The translations under genes were made by a program, and so were the position numbers. This document shows, one piece after another, positions 35,098 through 45,344 of a DNA stretch of 64,000 nucleotides. Source of the DNA: Spirochaetia bacterium (GTDB taxonomy: Bacteria; Spirochaetota; Spirochaetia; SZUA-6; Bin103); contig CBDBDQ010000005.1 in assembly GCA_965203905.1 (NCBI GenBank), positions 7,168,001-7,232,000 on the forward strand, given 5' to 3'. Position 1 is the first letter of the stretch. Every line of letters begins with the position of its first letter. Under the pieces are notes generated by a model. That model saw only the letters and a program-made list of their open reading frames with translations. It made no database searches and had not been told where the DNA came from.

Positions 35098-36195
35098 ATG
35101 CAGCGACTCGACTCCCAGCACCTGTGGATCAGCGGCGAGGACGGCTACTTCCGCTACCGCATTCCCGCTCTCACCGTGACCCCCGCCGGCACCGTGCTGG
35201 CCTTCTGCGAAGCGCGCAAGTACACCGGCGCCGACTCGGACCAGATCGACCTGCTGGTGCGGCGCAGCGACGATCACGGCAAGAGTTTCGGCCCCCCGCA
35301 ACTGGTGGCGACCGAGCCGGATTGGGTCTGCGGCAACCCCGCGCCTGTGGTGGACCGCGACACCGGCAGCATCTGGCTGCCGTTCTGCAAGAACCGCCGC
35401 GACGGCGACGAGCGCATGATCTGCCAGGGGCAGGCGCCGCGCACGGTCTGGGTCACCGCCAGCCACGACGACGGGGTCACCTGGGAGGAGCCGGTCGAGA
35501 TCACGGCACAGGTCAAGCAACCGGACTGGACCTGGTACGCCACCGGTCCCGGCCACGGCATTCAGCTCGCCTCAGGCCGCCTCCTGATCCCCTGCGATCA
35601 TATCGTCGTCCGCCACTACGAAGCGCACGACCCCTACCACTCCCACGTCATCTACTCGGACGATCACGGCGCCACCTGGGCCATCGGCGGCAGTACCGAC
35701 GAGGGGACCAACGAGTCGATCGCGGTGCAGACCGAGGACGGCTGGCTGTGTCTCAACTGCCGCAACAAGGGCACCCTGCGCCAGGCGGAGGGCGGCCAGC
35801 ATCGGGCGGTGGCGTGGAGCAACGACGGCGGCGAGACGTTCTCTCCCATCGTGCGCGACGTGGCGCTGCCGGAACCGATCTGCCAGGCGAGCATGTGCCA
35901 CTGGCCCGGCCGCGATGGACGCCAGCGGATCCTGTTCAGCAACCCCGCCGCGACCACCCGGCGCCGCATGACCGTGCGCCTCAGCTACGACGGGTGCCGC
36001 AGTTGGCCGCTGGCGCGGGTCCTGACCGAGGGCGCGGCGGCTTACTCCGACCTGTGCGTGGCGGGCGACGGGATGGTCTGCTGCCTGTACGAGGCCGGCG
36101 CCGGCAACGACCCCTACGATCGTCTGACCCTGGCGCGCTTCAACCTGGAGTGGCTCACCCGCGGCGCAGATCTGGCCGGCAGCGACGACTCGTGA
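35098..36195 (+). CDS. Sialidase (GH33, BNR/Asp-box)
   Basis: YRIP motif; Asp boxes SDDHGKSF, SHDDGVTW, SDDHGATW, SNDGGETF, SYDGCRSW; AYS..LYE. Confidence 0.9.
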   Translation: MQRLDSQHLWISGEDGYFRYRIPALTVTPAGTVLAFCEARKYTGADSDQIDLLVRRSDDHGKSFGPPQLVATEPDWVCGNPAPVVDRDTGSIWLPFCKNRRDGDERMICQGQAPRTVWVTASHDDGVTWEEPVEITAQVKQPDWTWYATGPGHGIQLASGRLLIPCDHIVVRHYEAHDPYHSHVIYSDDHGATWAIGGSTDEGTNESIAVQTEDGWLCLNCRNKGTLRQAEGGQHRAVAWSNDGGETFSPIVRDVALPEPICQASMCHWPGRDGRQRILFSNPAATTRRRMTVRLSYDGCRSWPLARVLTEGAAAYSDLCVAGDGMVCCLYEAGAGNDPYDRLTLARFNLEWLTRGADLAGSDDS

Positions 36196-36298
36196 GCGTG
36201 ACGTTCCGCCAGACCGATCGGCGGGCGCCGGCTGTCGGGTGAGGTGAAGGTGAACCGCTCCTTGCCGGACTGCCTGCCGGCACGCTACACTGAGAGAG

Positions 36299-36835
36299 AT
36301 GGGCAAGTTCGGAATACAGGCTGTGCTGGCGGTTGCGCTGGCGGTAGTGACGCCTGCTCTGGCGGCGGCCGCAACTCCCGCGGTGGGCGAAACGGCACCT
36401 GACTTCGAGCTCCCCAGTGCCGCGGGCGAGACTCACTCGCTTTCGGCCACCCTGGAAGAGGGCCCGGTGGTGGTCGTCTTCTACCGCGCCTTCTGGTGAA
36501 CCTATTGCCGGCGTCAGCTGGTCGAGCTGACCGACAAGTACGAACAGATCCAGGAACTGGGCGCCGAGGTGGTGGCCATCAGCACCGACGACCTCTCCGG
36601 CGCGAAGTCGATCGTCGGCCGCGTCGGGATCCCGTTCCCCATCCTCTACAACAGCAAAGCCGACGTGGTGCGGGAATACGGGGTGTACAACCTGCTCGGT
36701 GACGGCCTCGCGGCACCCGCCACCTTCGTCATCGACGGCGACGGCGTAGTGCGCTGGTCGTACATCGGCCGCCGCAACAGCGACCGCCCCAAGGCGGCCA
36801 CGGTAATCAGCGAACTCCAGCGCCTCGAATCGTAG
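36299..36835 (+). CDS. Peroxiredoxin-like AhpC/TSA-family selenoprotein (UxxC), exported
   Basis: ORFs 36299..36499 and 36569..36835 are in one frame; reading through TGA 36497-36499 gives APDFELP...VVVFYRAFW-U-TYC...VVAISTD...PATFVID. Confidence 0.85.
36513..36531 (+). promoter_or_regulatory. Putative bacterial SECIS hairpin
   Basis: Perfect 7-bp stem GTCAGCT/AGCTGAC with G-initiated loop GGTCG; 20 nt separate the UGA from the loop. Confidence 0.65.
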
Positions 36836-36878
36836 CCGTCCGGGCCGGTGGCGCTGCCGGCATGCTATGGTAGCCGCC

Positions 36879-37859
36879 ATGGCCAGTACCGACTCACCCA
36901 TCGCCGGGCGTGACTGGAGCGCGCCGGTTCCCTACCCGGATCCGGCGGTCCAGGCACACGACCCCCGCTTCGCCGTCTTCAAGCTGAACAACGCCGCCGT
37001 GGAGAGGTTGTTCACCGGTGCCCGCTGGGCCGAGGGGCCGGTGTGGTTCGGCGATCACGACTGCCTGCTGTTCAGCGACATTCCCAACAACCGGATCCTG
37101 CGCTTCGACGCCGCCAGCGGCGCCGTCAGCGAGTTCCGCCGTCCTTCCAACAACACCAACGGCAACTGCCGCGACGCCCAGGGACGGCTGCTCTCCTGCG
37201 AGCACGACTCGCGCCGCGTCACCCGCACCGGGCACGACGGCAGCGTCAGCGTGCTGATCGACCGCTTCGACGGCAAGCCGCTCAACGGGCCGAACGATCT
37301 CTGCACCCATCCCGACGGCTCCATCTGGTTCACCGATCCCGGCTACGGGACCCTGTTCCAATACGAGGGGCACTGGGCCGAACACGAGCTGCCCGCCTGC
37401 GTGTACCGCCTCGATCCCGGCACCGGCCGGACGACCATCGCGGTGGCCGACATGGTGATGCCCAACGGCATCTGCTTCTCGCCCGACTACCGGCGCCTCT
37501 ACGTGGTGGAGACCGGCGCCTCCCACCACCCCGATTGCCCCCGCGTGATCTACGTATACGACGTGGAGGGAGAGCGGGCGCTGCGGCAGCGGGTGTTCGT
37601 CGACATGCAGCCGGGCGGCTCCGATGGGGTGCGCACCGACATCCACGGCAACCTGTGGGCGGCCGCGGGCTGGGCCGGAGAGGGCTACGATGGAGTTCAC
37701 TGTTTCTCGCCGGAGGGCGAGCTGCTCGGGCAGATCCACCTGCCGGAACCGTGCGCCAACCTGTGCTTCGGCGGCCGCAGGAAGAACCGCCTGTTCATGA
37801 CCGCCAGCCAGTCCCTGTACGCCGTTTACCTGGAGACCGTCGGCGCCCAGACCCCGTAG
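36879..37859 (+). CDS. SMP-30/gluconolactonase family protein
   Basis: WAEGPVW, FSDIPNNR, LNGPND, WFTDP, PNGICFSPD, DGVRTD, NLCFGG. Confidence 0.92.
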   Translation: MASTDSPIAGRDWSAPVPYPDPAVQAHDPRFAVFKLNNAAVERLFTGARWAEGPVWFGDHDCLLFSDIPNNRILRFDAASGAVSEFRRPSNNTNGNCRDAQGRLLSCEHDSRRVTRTGHDGSVSVLIDRFDGKPLNGPNDLCTHPDGSIWFTDPGYGTLFQYEGHWAEHELPACVYRLDPGTGRTTIAVADMVMPNGICFSPDYRRLYVVETGASHHPDCPRVIYVYDVEGERALRQRVFVDMQPGGSDGVRTDIHGNLWAAAGWAGEGYDGVHCFSPEGELLGQIHLPEPCANLCFGGRRKNRLFMTASQSLYAVYLETVGAQTP

Positions 37860-37967
37860 GGGAGTCGCTATAGGTCCTTGTCGGTAGCCCGCCAAGCTCC
37901 TATAGTGCGGGGTAGAGTCTGGGGTTCCGGTTGCAGCGCGGGAACCCGCTTCCAGGAGTGAGCAGCC

Positions 37968-40535
37968 ATGTCAGGATCGAACGGAACATTGGCGGTCGGA
38001 ATCCGCGAGCGGGAGGCACCGCATGTCCCGGCCGAGCGCGAGGTATCGATCCCCGCGTACGACGCGGACCGGTTCGAGCAGGTGGGCTTTCTCACCGCCA
38101 TGACCCTTACCCTGCTGGGGAACTACGCGCAGACCGGGCACTTCGGCGGGCCGCTTGCCTATACGCCGTACAACGTCGCCCTGCATCTGGCCGGCCCCGA
38201 TGCCGGCGGCCTGCGCTACGACTACCGCCGTCCCAAACATCCCTACGCCGACCGCTTCCTGCTGGCTGGCGGACATAACATCCCCACCGCGTACGCGCTG
38301 TGGATGATCATGGGCGAAGCGCTGGCCCGGCGCCACGCCGCCACCGGTGACGGCCGCTACCAGGTGGACCCCGAGGTGGCGCTGCTGCCGATCGACTGCC
38401 TGGGCTTCCGCCGCGGGGCGGGAGCGCTGGCGACCCTGCTGGCCGACCATGGGCTGACCGACGACCCGCTGTTCGCGCAGGCGAAGCTGCGTGGCATCCG
38501 CTCCCTCGCGGGTCACGCGGAAACCACCGACCTGACCAACGACGTCAACGGCGGTCCCTCCGGGATCGGCATCGGCACCTCGGCCGGCAAGGCCGCGTTC
38601 TGGGACTTCGCCGGTGCCCCGCCCTCCCTGAAGGTGATGGCCCTGGAGGGCGAGTTCGCCATGACCGCCGGACACGCCCAGGAGCTCAAGACCCAGGCGG
38701 TGGCCCAGCAGGTGGGCAAGCGGCTTCGCATCCTGCTGTCGTACAACAACGCCGGCATCGACGACCGGCTGCAAGGGGGCGTGGTTCCCGACGGTCTGGA
38801 TGCCTATTCCATCGAGGAGCAATGGGCCTCCTACGGCTGGAACGTGTTCTCGCTCGCGGACGGCAACAGCTACGACGAGATCCTGGCCGCGTTCCGCGCC
38901 ATGGAGCAGTGGGACCCCACGGACCGGCGGCCGATGATCGTGGTCGGACGCACCACCAAGGGCTGGTGGCCCGCCGCCGTCAACGGCACCATTCCCGGTT
39001 TCGGCGAACAGCTTGTCAGCTACCACAGCCACCCCTACGACATGAAGATGAACGTCCCCTACTTCGTCGGGCTGGCGCAGACCTTCGAACGCCGCTTCGG
39101 GGTGACCTTCGCCGGGATTCACGACGGCGCCGTGGACGACCCGCGGGAACGGCTGATCCAGTTCAAGTCCAACGTCGACGTGGTCATGTCGGTGCTGGAT
39201 CAGGACGGCCTCGGGGAATGGCTCGCCGACCGGATGCTGGCCATTGCCGACACGGTCGACGATGAACTGCCGCTCCGGATCGGCGTCACCGGCGACCCGT
39301 TCCAGGATCCGCAGTTGCGGGTGGCAAACCTGCCCACCGAACCGCGCAACCTGGAACTGACCCATCCCGTCAGCGGGGAGCGTTCGCAGGCCCAGGTGAC
39401 GCTGTTCCAGCAGCCCGGAGAGGTCGCCGGCACCCGCCGCGCCATCTCCGAGGTAGTGAAGTGGATGAACTACGTCACCGGCAACCGCTTCATCACGGTG
39501 GCGGCCGACCTCTCCGGATCGATCAACGTCGAGAGCGGGTCGCTGACCGGCCACTACGATCCCGTTTCCAATCCGGCCGGCACCCGCTTCAAGGCCGCGA
39601 TCCAGGAGGCCTGCAACACCCTCACGGCGATCGGCCTGGTGAGCCAGAGCGCCTCTCCCGACCCCGACCTGCACAACGGCGTGTGGGCCCTGAGCGGCAG
39701 CTACGGCGCCTTCACCCCGCTGATGTACCTGCCGGCCCGGGTGTGGAGCCAGCAGAACCAGGACAGCCCCTTCCGCGTCGGCGTGCTCAACATCCTGGCG
39801 GGACACTCCGGCCCCGAGACCGCGGCTGACGCGCGCACCCACTTCGGCATCTTCGCCCCGCAGGTGTGGCGCCTGTTTCCGCGTGGCCAGGCGATCTGCC
39901 TCAGCTTCTGGGACTACAACGACGTGGCACCCGGCTACTTTGCCGCCGCCGAGATCGCCGCCCGCGAGGCGGAAGTCGGCGTGATCGTGATCGAGGTGGC
40001 GCGTCCCGACTTCCCGGTGGCGGACCGCTCCCGGTTCGCCGACTCCGACCTCGCCGCGGCCGCCAAGGGCTGCTACGTGATCCGCGATTTCGCGCCCGAC
40101 CGCCCGCGTCACGGATACGTGGTGGTGCAGGGATCGAGCTCCACCTTCAACCTGGTGCAGGCACTGCCGCGGCTGGAGGCGCTGGGAATCAACGTCAAGG
40201 TGGTGGCGGCGGTGAGCGAGGAGCTGTTCGATCGCCAGCCCGAGGCCTACCGCAACGCGGTGCTGCCGCCGCAGGCGAAGGCCGACCTGATGGTGGTCAG
40301 CACCGGCACCCAGCGGGTGTGGCCGCTGCGCGACGTGGGGCCGCTGGTGAGCGAGTATTCGCTGACCTCGGACTGGCACGAGCGCTGGCTCACCGGCGGC
40401 ACCGAGGCGGACGTGATTGCCGAGGCCCACCTCGACGGCGACTCCATCGTGGCGGGGATCGAACGGTTCGCCGCCGAGCGTGCACAGCGCCTGGAGCGCC
40501 AGCGGAAGCTGCTCGCGGCACTGGATCCAGCCTAG
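37968..40535 (+). CDS. Divergent transketolase-like protein
   Basis: GHFGG, DRFLLAGGH, GHAE, ADLSGS, IQE, HSG..TAADARTH, transketolase C-terminal domain. Confidence 0.75.
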   Translation: MSGSNGTLAVGIREREAPHVPAEREVSIPAYDADRFEQVGFLTAMTLTLLGNYAQTGHFGGPLAYTPYNVALHLAGPDAGGLRYDYRRPKHPYADRFLLAGGHNIPTAYALWMIMGEALARRHAATGDGRYQVDPEVALLPIDCLGFRRGAGALATLLADHGLTDDPLFAQAKLRGIRSLAGHAETTDLTNDVNGGPSGIGIGTSAGKAAFWDFAGAPPSLKVMALEGEFAMTAGHAQELKTQAVAQQVGKRLRILLSYNNAGIDDRLQGGVVPDGLDAYSIEEQWASYGWNVFSLADGNSYDEILAAFRAMEQWDPTDRRPMIVVGRTTKGWWPAAVNGTIPGFGEQLVSYHSHPYDMKMNVPYFVGLAQTFERRFGVTFAGIHDGAVDDPRERLIQFKSNVDVVMSVLDQDGLGEWLADRMLAIADTVDDELPLRIGVTGDPFQDPQLRVANLPTEPRNLELTHPVSGERSQAQVTLFQQPGEVAGTRRAISEVVKWMNYVTGNRFITVAADLSGSINVESGSLTGHYDPVSNPAGTRFKAAIQEACNTLTAIGLVSQSASPDPDLHNGVWALSGSYGAFTPLMYLPARVWSQQNQDSPFRVGVLNILAGHSGPETAADARTHFGIFAPQVWRLFPRGQAICLSFWDYNDVAPGYFAAAEIAAREAEVGVIVIEVARPDFPVADRSRFADSDLAAAAKGCYVIRDFAPDRPRHGYVVVQGSSSTFNLVQALPRLEALGINVKVVAAVSEELFDRQPEAYRNAVLPPQAKADLMVVSTGTQRVWPLRDVGPLVSEYSLTSDWHERWLTGGTEADVIAEAHLDGDSIVAGIERFAAERAQRLERQRKLLAALDPA

Positions 40536-40546
40536 GCACCCACTGC

Positions 40547-41779
40547 ATGGCAACCACGCTTCAGGCACGGCCCCGGATCGCGCGGCGTATCGAACGGCTC
40601 GGCACCGAGACCGCCTTCGCCGTATCCGGCGATGCGGCCAGCTGGGCCGCACAGGGAAACCGCGTCTACCCGTTCCACCTGGGCGACATGAACATCCGTA
40701 CCCCGCTGAATATCATCCGCGCCGCGTATACCGCGATGGTGGAGGGAAGGACCTTCTACACCCCGGCGGCGGGCATCCCCCAGCTTCGCGAGGCGCTCGC
40801 AGAGGCGCTCAGCGAGCAGCGCAGGGTGGAGTACCACGCCACCAACGTGTCGGTGCAGCCCGGCGGCAAGCCGTGCATCGGGAAGTTCCTGATGGCGGTG
40901 ATGGAACCGGGCGACGGCGTGCTCTACCCGAACCCCGGCTATCCGATCTACGAGTCGCAGGTCGACTTTCTCGGGGGCCGCGGTCAGCCCTACACCTACA
41001 CCGTGGAGGACGCGCGCTTCGGTATCGACCGCGACTCGATCCAGCGGGCCGTGGACGACACCACGCGGGTGCTGATCGTCAACGCCCAGCACAACCCCAC
41101 CGGCGCCGACGCCAGCGAGGCCGAGCTGGAGTGGCTGGCCGAGCTGGCACGGGAGCGCGACCTGTGGGTGCTCTCGGACGATCCCTACGTCGACATCCGC
41201 TACGCCGGCCGCAGCCATACCATCGTGGAGTATGAGGGCATGTCCGAGCGCACCGTCATCGGCTACACCTTCTCCAAGAAGTACGCCATGACCGGCTGGC
41301 GGCTGGGTGCCGCCATCGGCCCCGCCCACGTGGTCGACATCATCACCAAGATCAATACCAATGACGAGTCGTGCACCAACCAGTTCGTGCAGATGGCCGG
41401 GGTGGAGGCGCTGCGCGGTGACCAGAGCGGCGCGGAAAGCATCCTCTCGACGCTGCAGGCGAGGCGGGACCTGATCGTGGACCGTCTGAACGCCATCGAC
41501 GGCGTGTCGGTGCCCGCCTCGGACGCTACCTTCTACCTGTTTGCCGACGTTACCGACGTCTACCAGCGCCACGGATACTCCTTCACCCGCGCCGGGGATG
41601 GGCAGAGGTTCCGGGTCGCGACCATGCGGGAGACCGGCGTGTCGTTCTGTGCCCGCACCCACTTCGGCCGCGCATTGCCGGGCGAGGAGCGGGTGTACGT
41701 CCGTTTCGCCTACTCGGGCATCGACGAGAACGACGCGGAAGAGGGACTGGCGGCGCTGAAGAGCTACTGGGAGGGCTGA
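40547..41779 (+). CDS. PLP-dependent aminotransferase class I/II
   Basis: YTPAAGIPQLREA, PGYPIY, NPTG, SDDPY, FSKKYAMTGWRLG. Confidence 0.92.
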   Translation: MATTLQARPRIARRIERLGTETAFAVSGDAASWAAQGNRVYPFHLGDMNIRTPLNIIRAAYTAMVEGRTFYTPAAGIPQLREALAEALSEQRRVEYHATNVSVQPGGKPCIGKFLMAVMEPGDGVLYPNPGYPIYESQVDFLGGRGQPYTYTVEDARFGIDRDSIQRAVDDTTRVLIVNAQHNPTGADASEAELEWLAELARERDLWVLSDDPYVDIRYAGRSHTIVEYEGMSERTVIGYTFSKKYAMTGWRLGAAIGPAHVVDIITKINTNDESCTNQFVQMAGVEALRGDQSGAESILSTLQARRDLIVDRLNAIDGVSVPASDATFYLFADVTDVYQRHGYSFTRAGDGQRFRVATMRETGVSFCARTHFGRALPGEERVYVRFAYSGIDENDAEEGLAALKSYWEG

Positions 41780-41843
41780 GGCCGGGCACCGGCACACCCG
41801 GCCGGAGATTGCCGGCACGCACCCGGCGGCTATATCTTGCCGC

Positions 41844-43190
41844 GTGCAGCAAGCGACGAGAACCGAGTTCCTGGAGCGCGACCAGCGCCACCTGATCCAT
41901 CCGATACACAGCCGCAGCGTCCACGCCAACGGCCACGTCTGGGTAAGCGGTCACGGCGCGGTCCTGGTCGACGCCGACGGCAAGGAGTACCTGGACGGCC
42001 TCGCGGGGCTGTGGAACGTGGCTGCGGGCCACGGCCGTGACGAGCTGGCGGACGCCGCCGCGCAGCAGATGAGCACCCTGGCCTACTGCTCCGCCTACGC
42101 GGGCAGCTCCAATCCCGCGGCCATCGAGCTGGCAGAGCGGCTGGCGGGCCTCACCTACCCCTCCATCAACCGCTTCTTCTTCACCTCGGGCGGCGGCGAG
42201 TCGAGCGAAACCTCGTTCAAGCTGGCGCGCTCCTACTGGAAGCTGCGCGGCAAGCCGCACAAGACCAAGGTGATCTCCCGCCAGTGGGGGTACCACGGGG
42301 TTACCCTGGCGGCCATGAGCGCCACCGGAATCTCCACCTACTGGCCCGCGTTCGAGCCGCGGGTGCCGGGTTTTCTGCAGATTCCCTCGCCCTACCCCTA
42401 TCGCTACGAGGCGCCGGCCGGGGTGAGCCAGGGCGTTGCCGCCGCCGACGAGCTGGAGCGCGCCATCCAGCGCGAGGGCGCCGACACGGTGGCCATGTTC
42501 CTGGCCGAGCCGGTGCAGGGCGCCGGCGGCGTGATCGTGCCGCAGGACGACTACTTCGCGCGCATCCGCGAGATCTGCGACCGTTACGACGTGCTGCTGG
42601 CGGCCGACGAGGTGATCACCGGCTTCGGCCGCACCGGCAAGCTGTTCGCCCTCGACCACTGGGGCGTGGAGCCGGACGTGATGCAGTTCGCCAAGGCGGT
42701 CACCTCCGGTTACTTCCCCCTGGGCGGAGTCGGCGTCAACGACACCATCGCCGAGGTGCTCGACGAGTCCTCTTCCCCGTGGATGCACGCCTACACCTAC
42801 AGTGCCCATCCCGTGGGCTGCGCGGTGGCGCTGCGCAACATCGACATCATCCTGGACGAGGATTTTCCGGCGCAGGCCGCCGCCAAGGGCGAGCACCTGC
42901 TGGCGGGCCTGGAGGCGGCCCTGGCGCACCACCCGAACGTGGGCGAGGTGCGCGGCAAGGGGCTGATGTGCGCGGTCGAGATCGTGCAGGACAAGGCCAC
43001 CAAGGCGGAGTTCCCCAGCGCCGACAACATCGGGGTGCAGGTGCACGCCGCGACCCAGCAGCGGGGCCTGTTCAGCCGCCTGCGCGGGGACGTGTTCTGC
43101 CTCGCGCCGCCGGTGGTCACCAGCACCGAGCAACTCGACCGCATCGTCGAGATCCTCACCGCCGCGATCGCCGAGGTGCTGCCCGCTTGA
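41844..43190 (+). CDS. Aminotransferase class III (omega-amino acid type)
   Basis: DGLAGLWN, SGGGES, YHG, EPVQGAGG, DEVITGFGRTG, AKAVTSGY. Confidence 0.92.
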   Translation: MQQATRTEFLERDQRHLIHPIHSRSVHANGHVWVSGHGAVLVDADGKEYLDGLAGLWNVAAGHGRDELADAAAQQMSTLAYCSAYAGSSNPAAIELAERLAGLTYPSINRFFFTSGGGESSETSFKLARSYWKLRGKPHKTKVISRQWGYHGVTLAAMSATGISTYWPAFEPRVPGFLQIPSPYPYRYEAPAGVSQGVAAADELERAIQREGADTVAMFLAEPVQGAGGVIVPQDDYFARIREICDRYDVLLAADEVITGFGRTGKLFALDHWGVEPDVMQFAKAVTSGYFPLGGVGVNDTIAEVLDESSSPWMHAYTYSAHPVGCAVALRNIDIILDEDFPAQAAAKGEHLLAGLEAALAHHPNVGEVRGKGLMCAVEIVQDKATKAEFPSADNIGVQVHAATQQRGLFSRLRGDVFCLAPPVVTSTEQLDRIVEILTAAIAEVLPA

Positions 43191-43202
43191 CTCGCTTATT
43201 AG

Positions 43203-44033
43203 CTACGTGTACTTGACGTTCTCGATGTAGCCGTAGGCGGTGAGGGGCGCCGTGGCCATCAGGCCCCCGTCCACCGGCAGCACCACGCCGGAGATCCAGC
43301 GCGACTCGTCGCTGGCCAGGAACACCGCCGCCCAGGCGATGTCCCAGGCAGTGCCTTCCGTGCCCAGCGGTGCGGCCCGCCGTCGCAGGTCGCGGGTGCG
43401 CTCGGGAAAGTGGCCGGTGAACGCGGCGTGCAGGTGCCCGGGTGCGATGCAGTTGGCGCGGATGCCCTCGCGGCCGTGGTAGGCGGCGGTGGTCCGGGTG
43501 AGCATGTGCAGGGCGCCCTTGGCGATGCCGTAGGGGACGTTGATGGACATGCCGGCGCTGATGCCGTCGATCGAGGACACGTTGATGATGGAGCCGCCGC
43601 CGTGCGCCCGCATGTGGGGAATGGCGTGCTTGCTGGCGAAGACGGCGCTCTTGAGGTTGATGTCCAGGCTGCGCTCCAGCACCGCCTCGTCGAGCTCCGC
43701 TACCGTGCCCCCCACGCCGATCCCGCAGTTGTTCACCAGCACGTGCAGGGCACCGTAGCGCTCCACCGCCGCGGCCGCCATCGCCGCGCACTGCTCGCTG
43801 CTGGATACGTCGGCGGTGAATGCCGAGCCCTCGCCTCCCTCCGCCTGCAACGCCGCCAACGTGCGGGCGGCGTTCTCAGCGTGCAGATCCACCACCAGCA
43901 CGCGCGCCCCCTCGCGCGCCAGCGCCACCGAGATCGCGCGCCCGGTACCCAGCTCGGTGCCCTCGCGCGATCCGCCACCGGTGACGATGGCCACCTTCCC
44001 GGCCAGGCGGCCGTTACCATTCCTCGACTCCAT
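43203..44033 (-). CDS. Short-chain dehydrogenase/reductase
   Basis: VTGGGS..GTG, NNCG, YGIAK, VDGG. Confidence 0.9.
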   Translation of the reverse strand: MESRNGNGRLAGKVAIVTGGGSREGTELGTGRAISVALAREGARVLVVDLHAENAARTLAALQAEGGEGSAFTADVSSSEQCAAMAAAAVERYGALHVLVNNCGIGVGGTVAELDEAVLERSLDINLKSAVFASKHAIPHMRAHGGGSIINVSSIDGISAGMSINVPYGIAKGALHMLTRTTAAYHGREGIRANCIAPGHLHAAFTGHFPERTRDLRRRAAPLGTEGTAWDIAWAAVFLASDESRWISGVVLPVDGGLMATAPLTAYGYIENVKYT

Positions 44034-44127
44034 GCGCGGAGCATGCCCGAAAGCAACGGCTTGGGGTAGGCGCCAGTAGGCGCCTTGACGGTATGTCCCG
44101 GCGCTTCATACTTGCAGTCGAGGAGTA

Positions 44128-45327
44128 ATGCCCGTGGCTACGTTGAGTCAGGTACAGATCGACAGTTTCCGTGACCGTGGCTTCCTGGTGGTCTCCGACC
44201 TGCTGAGCACCGATGAAGTGAACCGCATCGCCGAGGCGGCGCGCGAGGAGTTCGAGACCCACCGTTACATGGCAGCCAAGGCACGCTTCCCGGCCCCGAC
44301 CAAGTATGTCCTGTCGGAGGACAGCCTGCGGCTGCCTGACATCCGCCTGGTGGTCGATCATCCGCAACTCGTGTCCGCCGTCAGCGAGCTGCTGGCGGAC
44401 GAGGTGTGCCTGTCGGCGTTCGTGATCTACTCTATGCCGCCCGGCACCCAGGGCACCGGCGGGGACTATCAGCGCAGCCACGAGTCGGCGCACTGCGACT
44501 ACAAGCCGTTCCGTCCGGTCGGCTCGTCGCTGCGCTGGCTGTTCGCGATCGTGCCGCTGGTGGACTACACGGAGGAAGTGGGACCGCTGCTGGTCTCCCC
44601 CGGCTCGCACAAGATCCCGGAGCTGACGCGCCGCGGCCGCGTGACCCACGTGCGCCGGGCGCGCGCCGACGAGTTGCCCGCTTTCGTCGACACCCGCCTG
44701 CGGCGCGGCCAGGTGGCGTTCATGGACATGTTCACCTGGCATCAGGCGTACGGCAACCGCTCCGACCGCCTCCGCTACGGCGTGTACAACAAGTACCGCG
44801 TGCGCAGCGCCCCGCCGGGCTGCGGTCCCTACCTATACCGCGACAGCTCCGCCGCGCTGTTCGGCACCACCGGCGGCGGGCTGCTGGCCAACCACGCCGC
44901 GGGCCGGATCGCGGAGACCCGGCTGCTGGTCGAGGCGGACGAGCGGTTCCTGGTCATCGACGGATGCGTTCCCGGAGGTCCGGCGCAGCCTGGTCCGAAA
45001 CGCGTGGGCAGCGATGAGGACAACGTCATCGGCCAGCTCCTGGAGGCGGCGGAGCGCCAGCTCGGCGGACAGCCGCCGTGGGTGAGCTACGTGGGCGACT
45101 ACCCCGTGGGCGCCGACGGCAGCGACCGCTGCCGGGTTTACGCCTGTCCCCGCGACGCGCTGCCGGGCGCCGCCGTGGCTGCTCCGGGCGCGCGCTGGCT
45201 TAGCGCCGATCAACTCCCAGGCGAGACCGGCAACTCCTGTCTCTCGACCGCGGCCGAGTCGTGGCTGCACGACCCGGTGCTGCGTGGCATCGGGCAATCG
45301 TACGCCCAGGCCCACGCACCCGCGTAG
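44128..45327 (+). CDS. Phytanoyl-CoA dioxygenase (PhyH) family protein with C-terminal extension
   Basis: FRDRGFLVV, HCD, PGSH, WHQ..NRSDRLR; extra ~140-aa C-terminal region. Confidence 0.8.
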   Translation: MPVATLSQVQIDSFRDRGFLVVSDLLSTDEVNRIAEAAREEFETHRYMAAKARFPAPTKYVLSEDSLRLPDIRLVVDHPQLVSAVSELLADEVCLSAFVIYSMPPGTQGTGGDYQRSHESAHCDYKPFRPVGSSLRWLFAIVPLVDYTEEVGPLLVSPGSHKIPELTRRGRVTHVRRARADELPAFVDTRLRRGQVAFMDMFTWHQAYGNRSDRLRYGVYNKYRVRSAPPGCGPYLYRDSSAALFGTTGGGLLANHAAGRIAETRLLVEADERFLVIDGCVPGGPAQPGPKRVGSDEDNVIGQLLEAAERQLGGQPPWVSYVGDYPVGADGSDRCRVYACPRDALPGAAVAAPGARWLSADQLPGETGNSCLSTAAESWLHDPVLRGIGQSYAQAHAPA

Positions 45328-45344
45328 TCGAACCCGTACCCCGT

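Noticed and set aside
36497-36499. TGA as a simple nonsense mutation
   Set aside because: It falls exactly on the redox Cys position and is followed by a SECIS-like hairpin; recoding is the better explanation.
37971-40652. 893-aa minus-strand ORF and similar long antisense or alternate-frame ORFs (e.g. 12139..13692, 17527..19074, 19325..21463)
   Set aside because: They overlap well-supported genes and have Arg/Gly/Pro-rich or reverse-codon composition.
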